Assembly (NCBI GenBank): GCA_963707985.1
Contig: CAVPRW010000014.1
Coordinates: forward strand, 224,001 to 288,000
Direction: 5' to 3'
Source: an uncultured Nitrospinota bacterium
GTDB taxonomy: Bacteria; Tectomicrobia; Entotheonellia; J063; CAVPRW01
Length of the DNA stretch: 64,000 nt
Position numbers and translations under genes: made by a program. Positions 1-9,573 of this stretch are shown piece by piece. Within the stretch, counting starts at the first letter, position 1. The number at the start of each line of letters is the position of its first letter. A model generated the notes under the pieces. That model did not search any database and was not told the origin of the DNA. It saw only the letters and a program-made list of their open reading frames with translations.

Positions 1-1718
1 TCACAGTTTCCGACATCCCCTTCCAGGGGCCCATGGGGGCCGTGCGCGTCGGGCTGATCGAGGGTGAATTCATCGTCAATCCAACCCGTCAGCAGCAGAT
101 CCTCAGCGACCTTGACTTGGTCATTGCGGGTGTTGACGAAGGGATTGTGATGGTAGAAGGCAGTGGCCGAGAGGTGTCCGAGGAGGTGCTAATCGAAGGG
201 CTAGAGGTCGGACACCGGGTCATTCGTGAGATCATCGCCCTGCAACGCGACCTCCGGGAGACGGCAGGCAAACCAAAACTGCCCTCAGCGGTGGAAGCCA
301 ATGACTTGGCGTTAGTCCAGCGGGTACGAGAGTTGGCGACACCATGGGTGCGAGATGCCATCCGTATCCCAGAGAAGCAGGTGCGCGAGCGCCGCATGTC
401 GGAGATCCTGGCCGAAGTCACGACGACCCTGGCCGACCTTGTGCCAGAGCAGACTCGTCTGGTTCCCAAGCTAATCGAGACCATCGAGCGTGAGCAAATG
501 CGCACGATGATTCTCGAAGAAGGCATCCGGGCCGACGGCCGTCGCACTGACGAGATTCGGCCGATTAGCATCCGTATAGGCGTCCTCCCCCGCACGCATG
601 GCTCATCGCTGTTTACGCGCGGGGAGACACAGGCCCTGGTGGTCAGCACTTTAGGCACCTCGACCGACGAGCAGATCGTTGATGAACTCGAAGGGAAGAG
701 TTCCAAGGCCTTCATGCTGCATTATAACTTTCCCTCGTTCAGCGTCGGCGAGGTAAGTCCGATGCGTGGTCCAGGCCGTCGCGAAATCGGCCATGGGGCA
801 CTAGCCGAGCGCTCCGTCGCACCGATCCTGCCCAACAGCGACACATTTCCCTATACCATCCGGGTGGTGTCTGACATCCTGGAGTCAAATGGTTCTTCTT
901 CCATGGCAACGGTCTGCGGGGCGACCCTCTCCCTGATGGACGCCGGCGTGCCGATTCTCGCTCCCGTAGCAGGGATCGCGATGGGACTGATCAGTGAGCC
1001 TGGTCGTGGTATTGCGGTGCTGTCAGATATCCTAGGTCTGGAGGATCATCTGGGGGATATGGACTTTAAGGTCGCCGGGACGCCGACCGGCATTACCGGC
1101 TTCCAGTTGGATGTGAAAATTGGTGGAGTGGATACGACGATCTTGCGGGGAGCTCTTGAACAGGCGCACCAAGGACGACTCTGGATCCTGGAGAAAATGG
1201 CTGCAGTGATTGCCATGCCCCGCGCGCAGTTATCCACACACGCACCGCGCATTATCACCATCCGTATCAATCCGGATAAAATCCGCGAAGTCATCGGCCC
1301 TGGTGGGAAGGTCATCCGCGGCATCATCGAGAAGACCGGCGCGAACATCGACATCGAAGACGATGGTCGCATCAACATCGCGTCAGCCGATGAGAAGGCG
1401 GCGCGGGCCGCCATTGAGATCATACGCGGCATTACAGCAGAGGCGGAGATCGGTAAAATCTATCGTGGCAAGGTGAAAAAAATTACCGACTTCGGCGCCT
1501 TTGTCGAGATCATGCCGGGCACGGATGGCCTGGTGCATATTTCCCAGATCGCCGAGCAGCGCATCAAAAGTGTGTCCGATGTGCTGAAGGAAGGCGAGGA
1601 GGTCATGGTTAAGGTGCTGGAAATCGACAAGCAGGGACGCGTCAAGCTGAGTCGTCGCGAGGCCCTCCGAGAGGCTAAGGAGCGTGACGAACCTGCACCG
1701 GCGGATGCTTCTACTTAA
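1..1718 (+). CDS. pnp: Polyribonucleotide nucleotidyltransferase (PNPase), 5' end outside window
   Basis: The frame is open from base 3 (TVSDIPFQGPMGAVRVG). It has RNase PH motifs (HGSSLFTRGETQ, RREIGHGALAERS, SNGSSSMA, DHLGDMDFKVAG), a KH domain (IGPGGKVIR) and an S1 domain (FGAFVEI..DGLVHISQ). Confidence 0.98.
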   Translation, partial: TVSDIPFQGPMGAVRVGLIEGEFIVNPTRQQQILSDLDLVIAGVDEGIVMVEGSGREVSEEVLIEGLEVGHRVIREIIALQRDLRETAGKPKLPSAVEANDLALVQRVRELATPWVRDAIRIPEKQVRERRMSEILAEVTTTLADLVPEQTRLVPKLIETIEREQMRTMILEEGIRADGRRTDEIRPISIRIGVLPRTHGSSLFTRGETQALVVSTLGTSTDEQIVDELEGKSSKAFMLHYNFPSFSVGEVSPMRGPGRREIGHGALAERSVAPILPNSDTFPYTIRVVSDILESNGSSSMATVCGATLSLMDAGVPILAPVAGIAMGLISEPGRGIAVLSDILGLEDHLGDMDFKVAGTPTGITGFQLDVKIGGVDTTILRGALEQAHQGRLWILEKMAAVIAMPRAQLSTHAPRIITIRINPDKIREVIGPGGKVIRGIIEKTGANIDIEDDGRINIASADEKAARAAIEIIRGITAEAEIGKIYRGKVKKITDFGAFVEIMPGTDGLVHISQIAEQRIKSVSDVLKEGEEVMVKVLEIDKQGRVKLSRREALREAKERDEPAPADAST

Positions 1719-2210
1719 CGTAGATGATCCTCTACATGAGGGCTAGAATCCTCTTCTATTCCTCCTAGTCTGCCGTATGTGTGGTTGCCGTGTTGACCTG
1801 CTGGCTCCTGAGAGCATTGATGCCCAGCAGGTCAGTTGCGGTGCCCAAGCCGCTGTTCTTCTCCTCGTTCACATATCGTGGATCGCTGGCAGTCGGTATG
1901 CCGTGGTCGGTTGTTCCCAGCATGGCACCGATCGTGCGCTCGGGCTTGTCTGCCGAGCGCGGGGCACGTTACCCATCTTAGTGCAGGATATCCTCGTAAC
2001 TAGCAGGTAGTGGTGGTGTGTAAATAATATATGTTATATAGATGATAGTTACGTGATAGTAGTTAAAGTAAAATATGATATGTCTATATGTAAATATCTA
2101 AATTACAATAGATACAAAAGTTCATACTGCATGCAACGCTGCCCTGTCTTCCATTAAGAGCGAGCCATTAGTGTCGGAGGACAGGCCTTGCAGTAAACAT
2201 CGTGCAGTGC

Positions 2211-2239
2211 TTGCCAAGCAGAAGGAAATGTACTAAGAT
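2211..2239 (+). promoter_or_regulatory. Putative sigma70 promoter TTGCCA-17-TAAGAT
   Basis: Near-consensus hexamers with a 17-bp spacer, about 110 bp upstream of the thioredoxin-like gene. Confidence 0.5.
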
Positions 2240-2345
2240 GGCGACCGTTGACTAGGTGCAAACGTGTATCGGTAAGTTACAGGTGCAGGCGGTTTGGAAG
2301 GAGAGGGCGTTAGGGCTGATCGCCCCGCAATCGGAGGAGGTATCG

Positions 2346-2861
2346 ATGATCACACGCAAACGGTTTGAGCAGGGTCTGACATGGGATGAATACATGGGAG
2401 GGATTCAGAAAAACCAGGACCTCTTTAAGGCGAAGTACGAAGAAGTGGAGATATCGCCTGAAGACCGAGCCTTCTTCCAGGGCATCAAGAAGCCTATCTA
2501 TGTCGTGGCCATCGGGGAAGATTGGTGCCCCGATGTCTACAACAACCTGCCGGTCATGGCGCGTATCGCAGCGCTAAACCCAAGCATCCAATTGCGCATT
2601 TTCCCACGCGACCAAAATCACGACCTGATGCATCGCTACCTCTTCCGAGGGCAGAGTCAGTCGATTCCGGCCTTCGGGTTCTTCAATGAAAACCTCGAAG
2701 AATTCGCCAAGCATACTGGTGGTCGCCCCAAAATGCTGTGGGATTTGATCGATCAGCTCGGCAAGGACGAATCCCGTCCCAAACTGCGGGAGCATTATGC
2801 CTCGAACCGGGGGCGTGAGATGTTGCGTGAGCTGCGGGAGATTCTACAGAAAGGGGCGTGA
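2346..2861 (+). CDS. Thioredoxin-family protein (Thioredoxin_9-like, WCPD motif)
   Basis: GGAGGAGG RBS at 2333-2340 before ATG 2346. Motifs VVAIGEDWCPDV, RDQNHDLM and SIP (cis-Pro loop). Confidence 0.85.
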   Translation: MITRKRFEQGLTWDEYMGGIQKNQDLFKAKYEEVEISPEDRAFFQGIKKPIYVVAIGEDWCPDVYNNLPVMARIAALNPSIQLRIFPRDQNHDLMHRYLFRGQSQSIPAFGFFNENLEEFAKHTGGRPKMLWDLIDQLGKDESRPKLREHYASNRGREMLRELREILQKGA

Positions 2862-2868
2862 GCAAGGA

Positions 2869-2899
2869 CGGGAGGGGCCCGGTTCGGAGACCCCTCCCG
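2869..2899. terminator. GC-rich hairpin between convergent genes
   Basis: CGGGAGGGG...CCCCTCCCG 9-bp stem just after the thioredoxin stop. There is no clear U-tract. Confidence 0.4.
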
Positions 2900-3125
2900 C
2901 GCCACCTTTGCGATGCACGAAACATTCTGGAGGTTTCCGGCCCGCGCCTGAGCTCTCTTGGGATTTTCCTCCGATCATCCGCTGTCAGCCCAGAGAAAGA
3001 AGCAAGACTAGAGGTTGTTCTGGAAGTTGACAGAATATCCCTTATGGGAAGTAGAAGGTCAAACCCCGTACGAGCCACCGCGGTTAGGATCGCCAAGCAT
3101 CGCCCCCTGGCACCTTGGTTTGTGC

Positions 3126-3491
3126 CTATAAGGCGTCGTCGGCATACTCCCCTCCGACGCCCTCATCCCCGGGTCCCCGTCCTTCTGCCTCCATCATTTC
3201 GTCGACGACAGCCCCAAAATCCTCACCGGCTTCGTCCCCCAGGGCACTCCCCATCTTCTTGGCCCACTTCGCCAGACTACGTGGATCCTCCACGTCACCG
3301 ATTTTCGTCGGGTCGGCAAGGTCTTCCAGCATAGCATCCTCGGAGCGTACCCGCGCCACCCGTGAGATCAAGCGAGCCAGATCCTTCCCCTGGCACGCAG
3401 GGCAGGCAGGATCGCGCGAATCGCGTGACACCCCGTAGAGAAAGGCAAAGGTACGTCCACACGCATTGCAACGATACTCATAGATTGGCAT
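3126..3491 (-). CDS. FmdB-family zinc-ribbon protein
   Basis: MPIYEYRCxxCG...CPACQG...RLIS signature and an acidic C-terminus. Confidence 0.9.
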   Translation of the reverse strand: MPIYEYRCNACGRTFAFLYGVSRDSRDPACPACQGKDLARLISRVARVRSEDAMLEDLADPTKIGDVEDPRSLAKWAKKMGSALGDEAGEDFGAVVDEMMEAEGRGPGDEGVGGEYADDAL

Positions 3492-3699
3492 ACATGTCCC
3501 TCACACAGATTGACACAGCTGCGGTCGCTAGACATTTCTCAGCGGCCCGCTGCGGACCCCGCCAGCTCATGCTCGGCGCGGCGATCCTGCACGTACATCG
3601 GTTGCACTAGCCGCGATGCATGCCACCAGCACCCACGGACAACGCTTTCCCCTCGCTGGTGCCTCCCCAGGCATAACTCAACCGGCAGCAGCGCCATGG

Positions 3700-5874
3700 C
3701 TACGAAGGCAAGTGGGGGGCGGGGATATCCTGAATATAGACTTCGCGCGGTCGGCTGCCGCCGGCTGGACCAATCACGCCCTCTCGCTCCATGGCTTCGA
3801 TCAGGCGAGCTGCCCGCTTATAGCCGATGCGCAGGTGGCGTTGCATGAGTGACGCCGAGGCTTGTCCCAGTCTGGCTGCCAAGGCCACCGCCGCATCATA
3901 CTTATCGTCGAAGACCTCGGGTTCGGCACTGTCGTTCGTTTGCGGCGTGAATATTGACCCATCGTAAGCCGGGGTTTGCTGCGTGCGCAGATACTCCACC
4001 ACGCGTTTGATCTCGGCTTCCGAAACGTAGGCGCCATGGATACGCACCAGCTTCGACGTCCCCGGCGGTAAGAAGAGCATATCCCCCTTGCCGAGCAGAC
4101 GTTCGGCGCCAATAGCATCCAGGATGGTGCGGGAGTCGGTACGCGAAGAGACCTGGAAGGAGATGCGGGCAGGGAAGTTAGCTTTGATGATGCCGGTCAA
4201 CACATCTACTGAGGGTCGTTGTGTGGCGACGAGCAGATGAATCCCTGACGCCCGGGCCATCTGGGCCAATCGTGTAAGCGCATCCTCCACGTCGCGACGG
4301 GCCACCAACATCAAGTCAGCCAGCTCATCGATCACCACGACTAGATAGGGCAGGCGTGAGTCGGGATGCGTCTGGTTGTAGCCGTCGAGGCTGCGCACTC
4401 CGTGCCCAGCCAGCAAGCGGTAGCGCCGTTCCATTTCGGCAACCGCCCAATGCAGTGCCGCCGCGGCCTTTTTCGGATGAGTAACCACTGGGGAGATGAG
4501 ATGCGGAATGCCGTCGTAGACCGACAACTCCAGCATCTTGGGATCGATCATAATAAATTTGACTTCCTCGGGAGTGGCGTTGAGGAGCATGCTGCAGATC
4601 ATACTATTCAAGCTTACGCTCTTGCCCGAGCCGGTGGCTCCGGCGATAAGCAAGTGGGGGATCTGCGCCAGGTCAGTGACCGTTGGGATGCCCAAAATAT
4701 CTTTGCCCAAGGCCAAGACAAGCTTCGACGCGGTCTGCCGGAATGCCGGTGAGGCCACAATTTCGCGCAAGTAGACCGGCTGCCGATGGGGATTGGGGAT
4801 CTCGATACCGACCACCGATTTACCCGGAATCGGGGCCACAATCCTCACGGATAGTGCCTTCATCCCCAGGGCGAGGTCGTCAGCCAGGTTGACGATACGA
4901 CTTACCTTGATGCCCGACGCCGGTTCGAATTCATACATGGTTACCACCGGTCCTGGCAATACTTGCACGACGCTTCCATCCACTCCGAAGTCACGGAGCC
5001 TGCCCGCCAGAATGGTGGCCTGCTTCGCCAGATTAGACCCGACGCCATGTGGCTTACCGGGGCACGGGAGATCGAATAGCGACAGCGGTGGCTTGCGGTC
5101 GACAGGTGCGCCGGGCTCTTCGGTGGTCGATCGCCGTGTCGGTTTGGAATGCAACGACGGGCTGACGGGTAGGGCGGCCGCGCTCAAGATGACGTCGGTG
5201 CTATTCGAGGTGTCAGTGGCGAGCAACGGTGCCACCACCACGGGGGGGGATGACCGTGACCGTGCGCTTCGCCGCCGGTGAGTGGATGCCCGCCTGTGCC
5301 CGCGCCGTCCGCGGAGGAATAAGAGCACCGAACTGCCGAACGATCGTAGCTGCATCATCCCACGCCGGCCCATTAACAACCACGGGCGGACCACCATCAT
5401 GCCACCCAGTACGGCCACGATGGCGCTGATCAACAGGGTGCCCCCGACATTGCAATACGGCAAGAGAACAGCCCCTAGCCTGCGTCCGACCACCCCCCCC
5501 GCATCGCCCATAAATGCGAACGCCTGCGCCAGACTGAATTGCAGCAGAGGTGCGGTACCCAGGAGGAGCAGTATTCCCCCAAGTCCCAGTGCCAGCAGCT
5601 GCCGGCGCCGCGCGCAGGTATACCAGAGATGCGCGGCGTGACCGAGCAGACCGACCACAAGAAACGCGCCACCACCCAGGGCCTGGATCAGCATGCTCGC
5701 CAGTCGATGACCGACAGGCCCTCCCCAATTTGCGGACGGCGACACACCTCCCAACGTTGAGGCGGCGTGACTCCAAGACAGGAGGCTCAGGAGGATGAAG
5801 AGGCTCAGCCCGCCGATCACCAGGCCAAACGCCTCATCGCACAGCAGGGCAGGTCGTCGTTCAGAAGCCACCAT
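3700..5874 (-). CDS. ftsK: DNA translocase FtsK
   Basis: N-terminal 4TM region, GPVVTMYE, Walker A GATGSGKS, IDPKMLELS, VIDELADLM, ATQRPS, GAERLLGKGDML and a gamma domain (QRHLRIGYKRAARLIE). Confidence 0.97.
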   Translation of the reverse strand: MVASERRPALLCDEAFGLVIGGLSLFILLSLLSWSHAASTLGGVSPSANWGGPVGHRLASMLIQALGGGAFLVVGLLGHAAHLWYTCARRRQLLALGLGGILLLLGTAPLLQFSLAQAFAFMGDAGGVVGRRLGAVLLPYCNVGGTLLISAIVAVLGGMMVVRPWLLMGRRGMMQLRSFGSSVLLFLRGRRGHRRASTHRRRSARSRSSPPVVVAPLLATDTSNSTDVILSAAALPVSPSLHSKPTRRSTTEEPGAPVDRKPPLSLFDLPCPGKPHGVGSNLAKQATILAGRLRDFGVDGSVVQVLPGPVVTMYEFEPASGIKVSRIVNLADDLALGMKALSVRIVAPIPGKSVVGIEIPNPHRQPVYLREIVASPAFRQTASKLVLALGKDILGIPTVTDLAQIPHLLIAGATGSGKSVSLNSMICSMLLNATPEEVKFIMIDPKMLELSVYDGIPHLISPVVTHPKKAAAALHWAVAEMERRYRLLAGHGVRSLDGYNQTHPDSRLPYLVVVIDELADLMLVARRDVEDALTRLAQMARASGIHLLVATQRPSVDVLTGIIKANFPARISFQVSSRTDSRTILDAIGAERLLGKGDMLFLPPGTSKLVRIHGAYVSEAEIKRVVEYLRTQQTPAYDGSIFTPQTNDSAEPEVFDDKYDAAVALAARLGQASASLMQRHLRIGYKRAARLIEAMEREGVIGPAGGSRPREVYIQDIPAPHLPS

Positions 5875-6258
5875 TACCTCGTGAGAAGCCAGGTAATCAC
5901 TTTGGCAGTCGCGGCCGCTCAGGTAACCTTCATCCGACGGAGAGCTGAGCGGTCCGCAAGGGTAACTCTGATATTTTTACCCCTTGCCTGTCGCGTTTGT
6001 CGCCGGACGGCCCGATTGCTACTGACGGGGACGGCAGTTAGTGTATAGATTCGTCGGTTCACAGCAGCTATGAGCTGTCTAGTGCCTGCATTCTGCCATA
6101 GGCAACAAGCCGTGTCAATCGCCCGCTGTATACAATACTCATGTAATGGAGCGGTTTTGACAGCGCTAGCGATGGCATGCTAATATCGCTGCCAAATTGA
6201 GCAGGTGAGCGTTGGTATTCGTTGCAAGTGCCCGGGATCGCACAGGAGGAGAAAAGTC

Positions 6259-7059
6259 ATGACAAGGAGGGGCTGGATCACCTGCGCTGGGGCCATCATG
6301 GGCGCTGGCTGGACCTTCTTTCTGGCAGCGCAACCAGTCACGGGCACCCTGCTGGAGGTACGTGTTCGCGGGGTCACTGTCGATCCACAAGCCGGATCCC
6401 CCGTGGTGCTGCTCGATGTCCTTCAGGGTGATCGGGTTCTGCCGATTTGGGTCGGTGTCTTTGAGGCGCGTGCTATTGCCATGGAAATAGACAAAATCGC
6501 ACCCCCACGACCGATGACCCATGACCTCATCAAGACCATCATTGAGGGGGTAAAAGCACAGGTCACTAACGTGATCATCAGCGACATCAGAGACAATACG
6601 TTCTACGCGCAGATCACCATCAACACCGGTGCGGCGAGCTTACAGATCGACGCCCGCCCCAGCGATGCGATCGCGCTCGCCTTGCGGGTCGGGGCCCCCA
6701 TCTACGTGGAGAAAACCGTGCTCGACCGCGCCCCGGCAATCGAATTGCCGGGCAACGAACCAACAGCGATGACGGTGCTGAAACGCCACGGGCTGACGCT
6801 GCAAAATCTCACCACCTCGCTGGCGATGCATTTTCAGCTGCCAACATCCGACGGGGTGATAGTCTCCGATGTCGAGACAGGCAGCGAGGCTGAGCGAGAT
6901 GGCGTGCGCCGCGGAGATATCATCGTCGCGGCGAACCAGGGGAAAATCGCTAACCTGCAAGCCCTCGAGTCCACCCTAGGTCGAGGGGGCAACGTGTCGC
7001 TGCAGATCGTCCGGGGCGATAAGCACCTCACCGTCATGCTCCGCAGCCCAACTCCCTGA
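6259..7059 (+). CDS. Bifunctional-nuclease (DUF151) domain protein with N-terminal signal-like peptide and C-terminal PDZ domain
   Basis: AGGAGGAG RBS. DUF151 motifs LPIWVGVFEA, RPMTHDL, DNTFYA and DARPSDAIALA. PDZ-like GLTLQNLT...GVIVSDVETGSEAERDGVRRGDII. Confidence 0.88.
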   Translation: MTRRGWITCAGAIMGAGWTFFLAAQPVTGTLLEVRVRGVTVDPQAGSPVVLLDVLQGDRVLPIWVGVFEARAIAMEIDKIAPPRPMTHDLIKTIIEGVKAQVTNVIISDIRDNTFYAQITINTGAASLQIDARPSDAIALALRVGAPIYVEKTVLDRAPAIELPGNEPTAMTVLKRHGLTLQNLTTSLAMHFQLPTSDGVIVSDVETGSEAERDGVRRGDIIVAANQGKIANLQALESTLGRGGNVSLQIVRGDKHLTVMLRSPTP

Positions 7060-7134
7060 GGCTATGACCCTCTGGACCGTGCCCTTCAGCGGCAAACAAT
7101 CCTGTCCACGGGTGTTCACCCAGATGACAGCCCT

Positions 7135-7662
7135 TTACACGAGTTGCCTTAAGAGGTACTGATAGAAGGGATCCTGTAACACGACTTTTTCCCGGTTGAG
7201 CGCCGTGACACAGTACTCAAATTGCTCTGACAGCTTGCGAAAAAGGGTTTCCGTGGGTTTACTCCGATCCATTTCGGCAACAATCAGATATGCCTCCTTA
7301 CCCTGGGTGATGTAATATTCTGGGCTAACGGCACGACGTCGCCGCGTCAGGCTTTCAGGATAGAGCCCAGTGATGAACAACGTGTAATCTCCAATGTGCT
7401 TGCGAGCTTCGCGCTCATCGGTCGGCGCTTGGTCGCGCAGGTCTAGCACCATGTCCACAAGGTGATCAAGGCGACGGCCCTGCTGGTCACGTAGCCGAAA
7501 CAGGCTGTCGACGTGTATGAACTCGACCAGAAGATCAGCAACATACCGGATGAGGTCGCGGTCATGTACGTCGATATGCTCAAAGCTCATCTCGGTAAGC
7601 GTCCGGAACATCTTGCGGATAGGGTGATCTGCGGGCACTTGCCGCTGTCTCTCAAGGCTCAC
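7135..7662 (-). CDS. Conserved hypothetical protein (alpha-helical, HIGDYTLFITGLYPE motif)
   Basis: 175-aa ORF with an RBS-like GAAGAGG and a TTGACA-18-TACAAT promoter upstream. The motif resembles a widespread uncharacterised family. Confidence 0.75.
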   Translation of the reverse strand: MSLERQRQVPADHPIRKMFRTLTEMSFEHIDVHDRDLIRYVADLLVEFIHVDSLFRLRDQQGRRLDHLVDMVLDLRDQAPTDEREARKHIGDYTLFITGLYPESLTRRRRAVSPEYYITQGKEAYLIVAEMDRSKPTETLFRKLSEQFEYCVTALNREKVVLQDPFYQYLLRQLV

Positions 7663-7983
7663 CCTCTTCCCCCCCCCACTGCGTACACGGGCGTTAGTGT
7701 TGAATAGGCTCCATAATTATTGTAGGGAGACGCCTCGGCGCTTGTCAACCGCAAAGTCGCACGCCAACGACGCTAACAACGAGATGAGGAGAAGACAGGA
7801 GAGGCAGGGGCCAGGACGGTGCCTGGACAGGTAATCCCGCGATTGACAAACGCTCCCCAAGTGTCCAATATTACGCCAACCGTGCAACACGGCGCGGAGT
7901 GCGCAGATACCGGAAGGGGGGGGCCAGACCGCGCAACGGTATGGTTGTGAGGACACATGTAGGCCCGTAAGGAGGAAATCGGC

Positions 7984-9150
7984 ATGATGACCTATGCCCA
8001 ACGGATGGACCGGCTGGGGACGGAAACGGCCTTTGAAGTACTTGCGCGTGCGAAGGCTTTGGAAGCCCAGGGACGAGACATCCTGCATTTTGAGATCGGC
8101 GAGCCGGATTTTGACACCCCAGTCCACATCAAGGAGGCTGCCATCCAGGCCCTCCATGAGGGCTATACCCACTATGGTCCTACCCCTGGACTTCCCGTGC
8201 TGCGCCAGGCGATCGCCGAAGTTGTGTCGACATCACGCGGCATTCCGGTGTCGGCGGAGGAGGTCATCGTTACGCCGGGCGCAAAACCGATCATGTTCTT
8301 CACGCTCTTGGCCTACGCCCAGGCTGGAGATGAAGTAATCTATCCCAACCCCAGCTTCCCAATTTACGAATCGATGATCAACTTCGTTGGGGCGACGCCC
8401 GTGCCCATCCCACTCCTCGAAGTCAATGGTTTTAGCTTCGATATGGAGCGCTTTGAGGCCAGCCTCTCGCCACGCACCAAACTGATCATCCTCAATTCCC
8501 CGGGCAACCCGACTGGAGGCATCATCCCGGCGGCGGACTTGCACCGGATCGCGGCCATGGCGCGGGAGCGCAACATTCGCGTATTGTCCGACGAAATCTA
8601 TGCCGGAATGCACTACGAGGGGACGCCCGCGAGCATCGCCTCACTCCCCGGCATGCAGGACTTGACGATCATTCTGGATGGCTTCAGTAAGTTGTATGCC
8701 ATGACGGGGTGGCGCCTGGGATATGCGGTAGCCCATCACTCCGTGATTGAGCATTTTACCAAGCTTATGGCCAACTCGGCGTCCTGCACGGCCTCCTTCG
8801 TCCAGATCGCTGGCGTCGCCGCCCTGCGCGGACCGCAGGAGCCGTCCCAGCGCATGGTGATGGAATTTCGCCGTCGCCGTGAGATCATTGTCAAAGGGAT
8901 GAATGACATTCGCGGGTTGCACTGCGCCACGCCGCCGGGGGCGTTCTATGTCTTTCCTAATATCCAGGCGCTGCAGCGATCTAGCGCCGATATAGCCACG
9001 CGCCTCCTGGACGAGGCAGGTATCGCCTGTTTAGCTGGAACAGCTTTCGGTTTATTTGGCGAAGGTTATCTGAGATTCTCTTATGCAAGTTCTGAAGATA
9101 ATATCCGTAAGATGCTTGAAAAGCTCAATAAATTTGTTTCAACTCTATGA
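7984..9150 (+). CDS. PLP-dependent aminotransferase, class I/II (aspartate aminotransferase-like)
   Basis: GEPDF, NSPGNPTG, SDEIY, DGFSKLYAMTGWRLG (PLP Lys) and GAFYVF. AGGAGG RBS. Confidence 0.95.
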   Translation: MMTYAQRMDRLGTETAFEVLARAKALEAQGRDILHFEIGEPDFDTPVHIKEAAIQALHEGYTHYGPTPGLPVLRQAIAEVVSTSRGIPVSAEEVIVTPGAKPIMFFTLLAYAQAGDEVIYPNPSFPIYESMINFVGATPVPIPLLEVNGFSFDMERFEASLSPRTKLIILNSPGNPTGGIIPAADLHRIAAMARERNIRVLSDEIYAGMHYEGTPASIASLPGMQDLTIILDGFSKLYAMTGWRLGYAVAHHSVIEHFTKLMANSASCTASFVQIAGVAALRGPQEPSQRMVMEFRRRREIIVKGMNDIRGLHCATPPGAFYVFPNIQALQRSSADIATRLLDEAGIACLAGTAFGLFGEGYLRFSYASSEDNIRKMLEKLNKFVSTL

Positions 9151-9156
9151 TCATAG

Positions 9157-9351
9157 GTGGGAGATCTGTGGGCGATGGGCATTCTCCTGTTTATCTGTAT
9201 CGCTGCTTTCCTGTTGCTCTTTGCCATCAATAATGAGGCCGAGGTCGTGCTGTCCAGCCCCATGGCGCTCGGTATGGTTATTGTGATTACGGTGGCAGCT
9301 CTTTATCTGTTGCGATCGTTGACGCGTGATTGGACCCGTAAGCGCAAATAA
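9157..9351 (+). CDS. Small two-TM membrane protein
   Basis: 64-aa ORF directly after the aminotransferase, with two hydrophobic stretches and a basic tail. Confidence 0.55.
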   Translation: MGDLWAMGILLFICIAAFLLLFAINNEAEVVLSSPMALGMVIVITVAALYLLRSLTRDWTRKRK

Positions 9352-9573
9352 GCACGGTGACGTGAGGGATGCGACCATTCCCTGCACATCGTCCGCAGGC
9401 CCAGCGTCCTGAGACTTCCGTCCGTCCCCAGGCGTACTTGACGCCAGGCGCCTAGGTTGATATGGTAGCAATATGGCGCGCAGATGTTGTGTAAGCTCCG
9501 AGCCTTCTGTTCAGGCCTGCGACGTCCCGAGTGCGCAGCGGACGAGCCCCGTCCTGCCGTAAGGAACAGCTAC

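Noticed and set aside
1230..1238. Perfect DnaA box TTATCCACA
   Set aside because: It is a single copy inside the pnp coding sequence, and there is no box cluster near the AT-rich tract, so an origin is not supported.
2877..2892. GGTTCG T-loop-like motif suggesting a tRNA
   Set aside because: No cloverleaf can be formed, and the motif lies in the loop of a simple hairpin.
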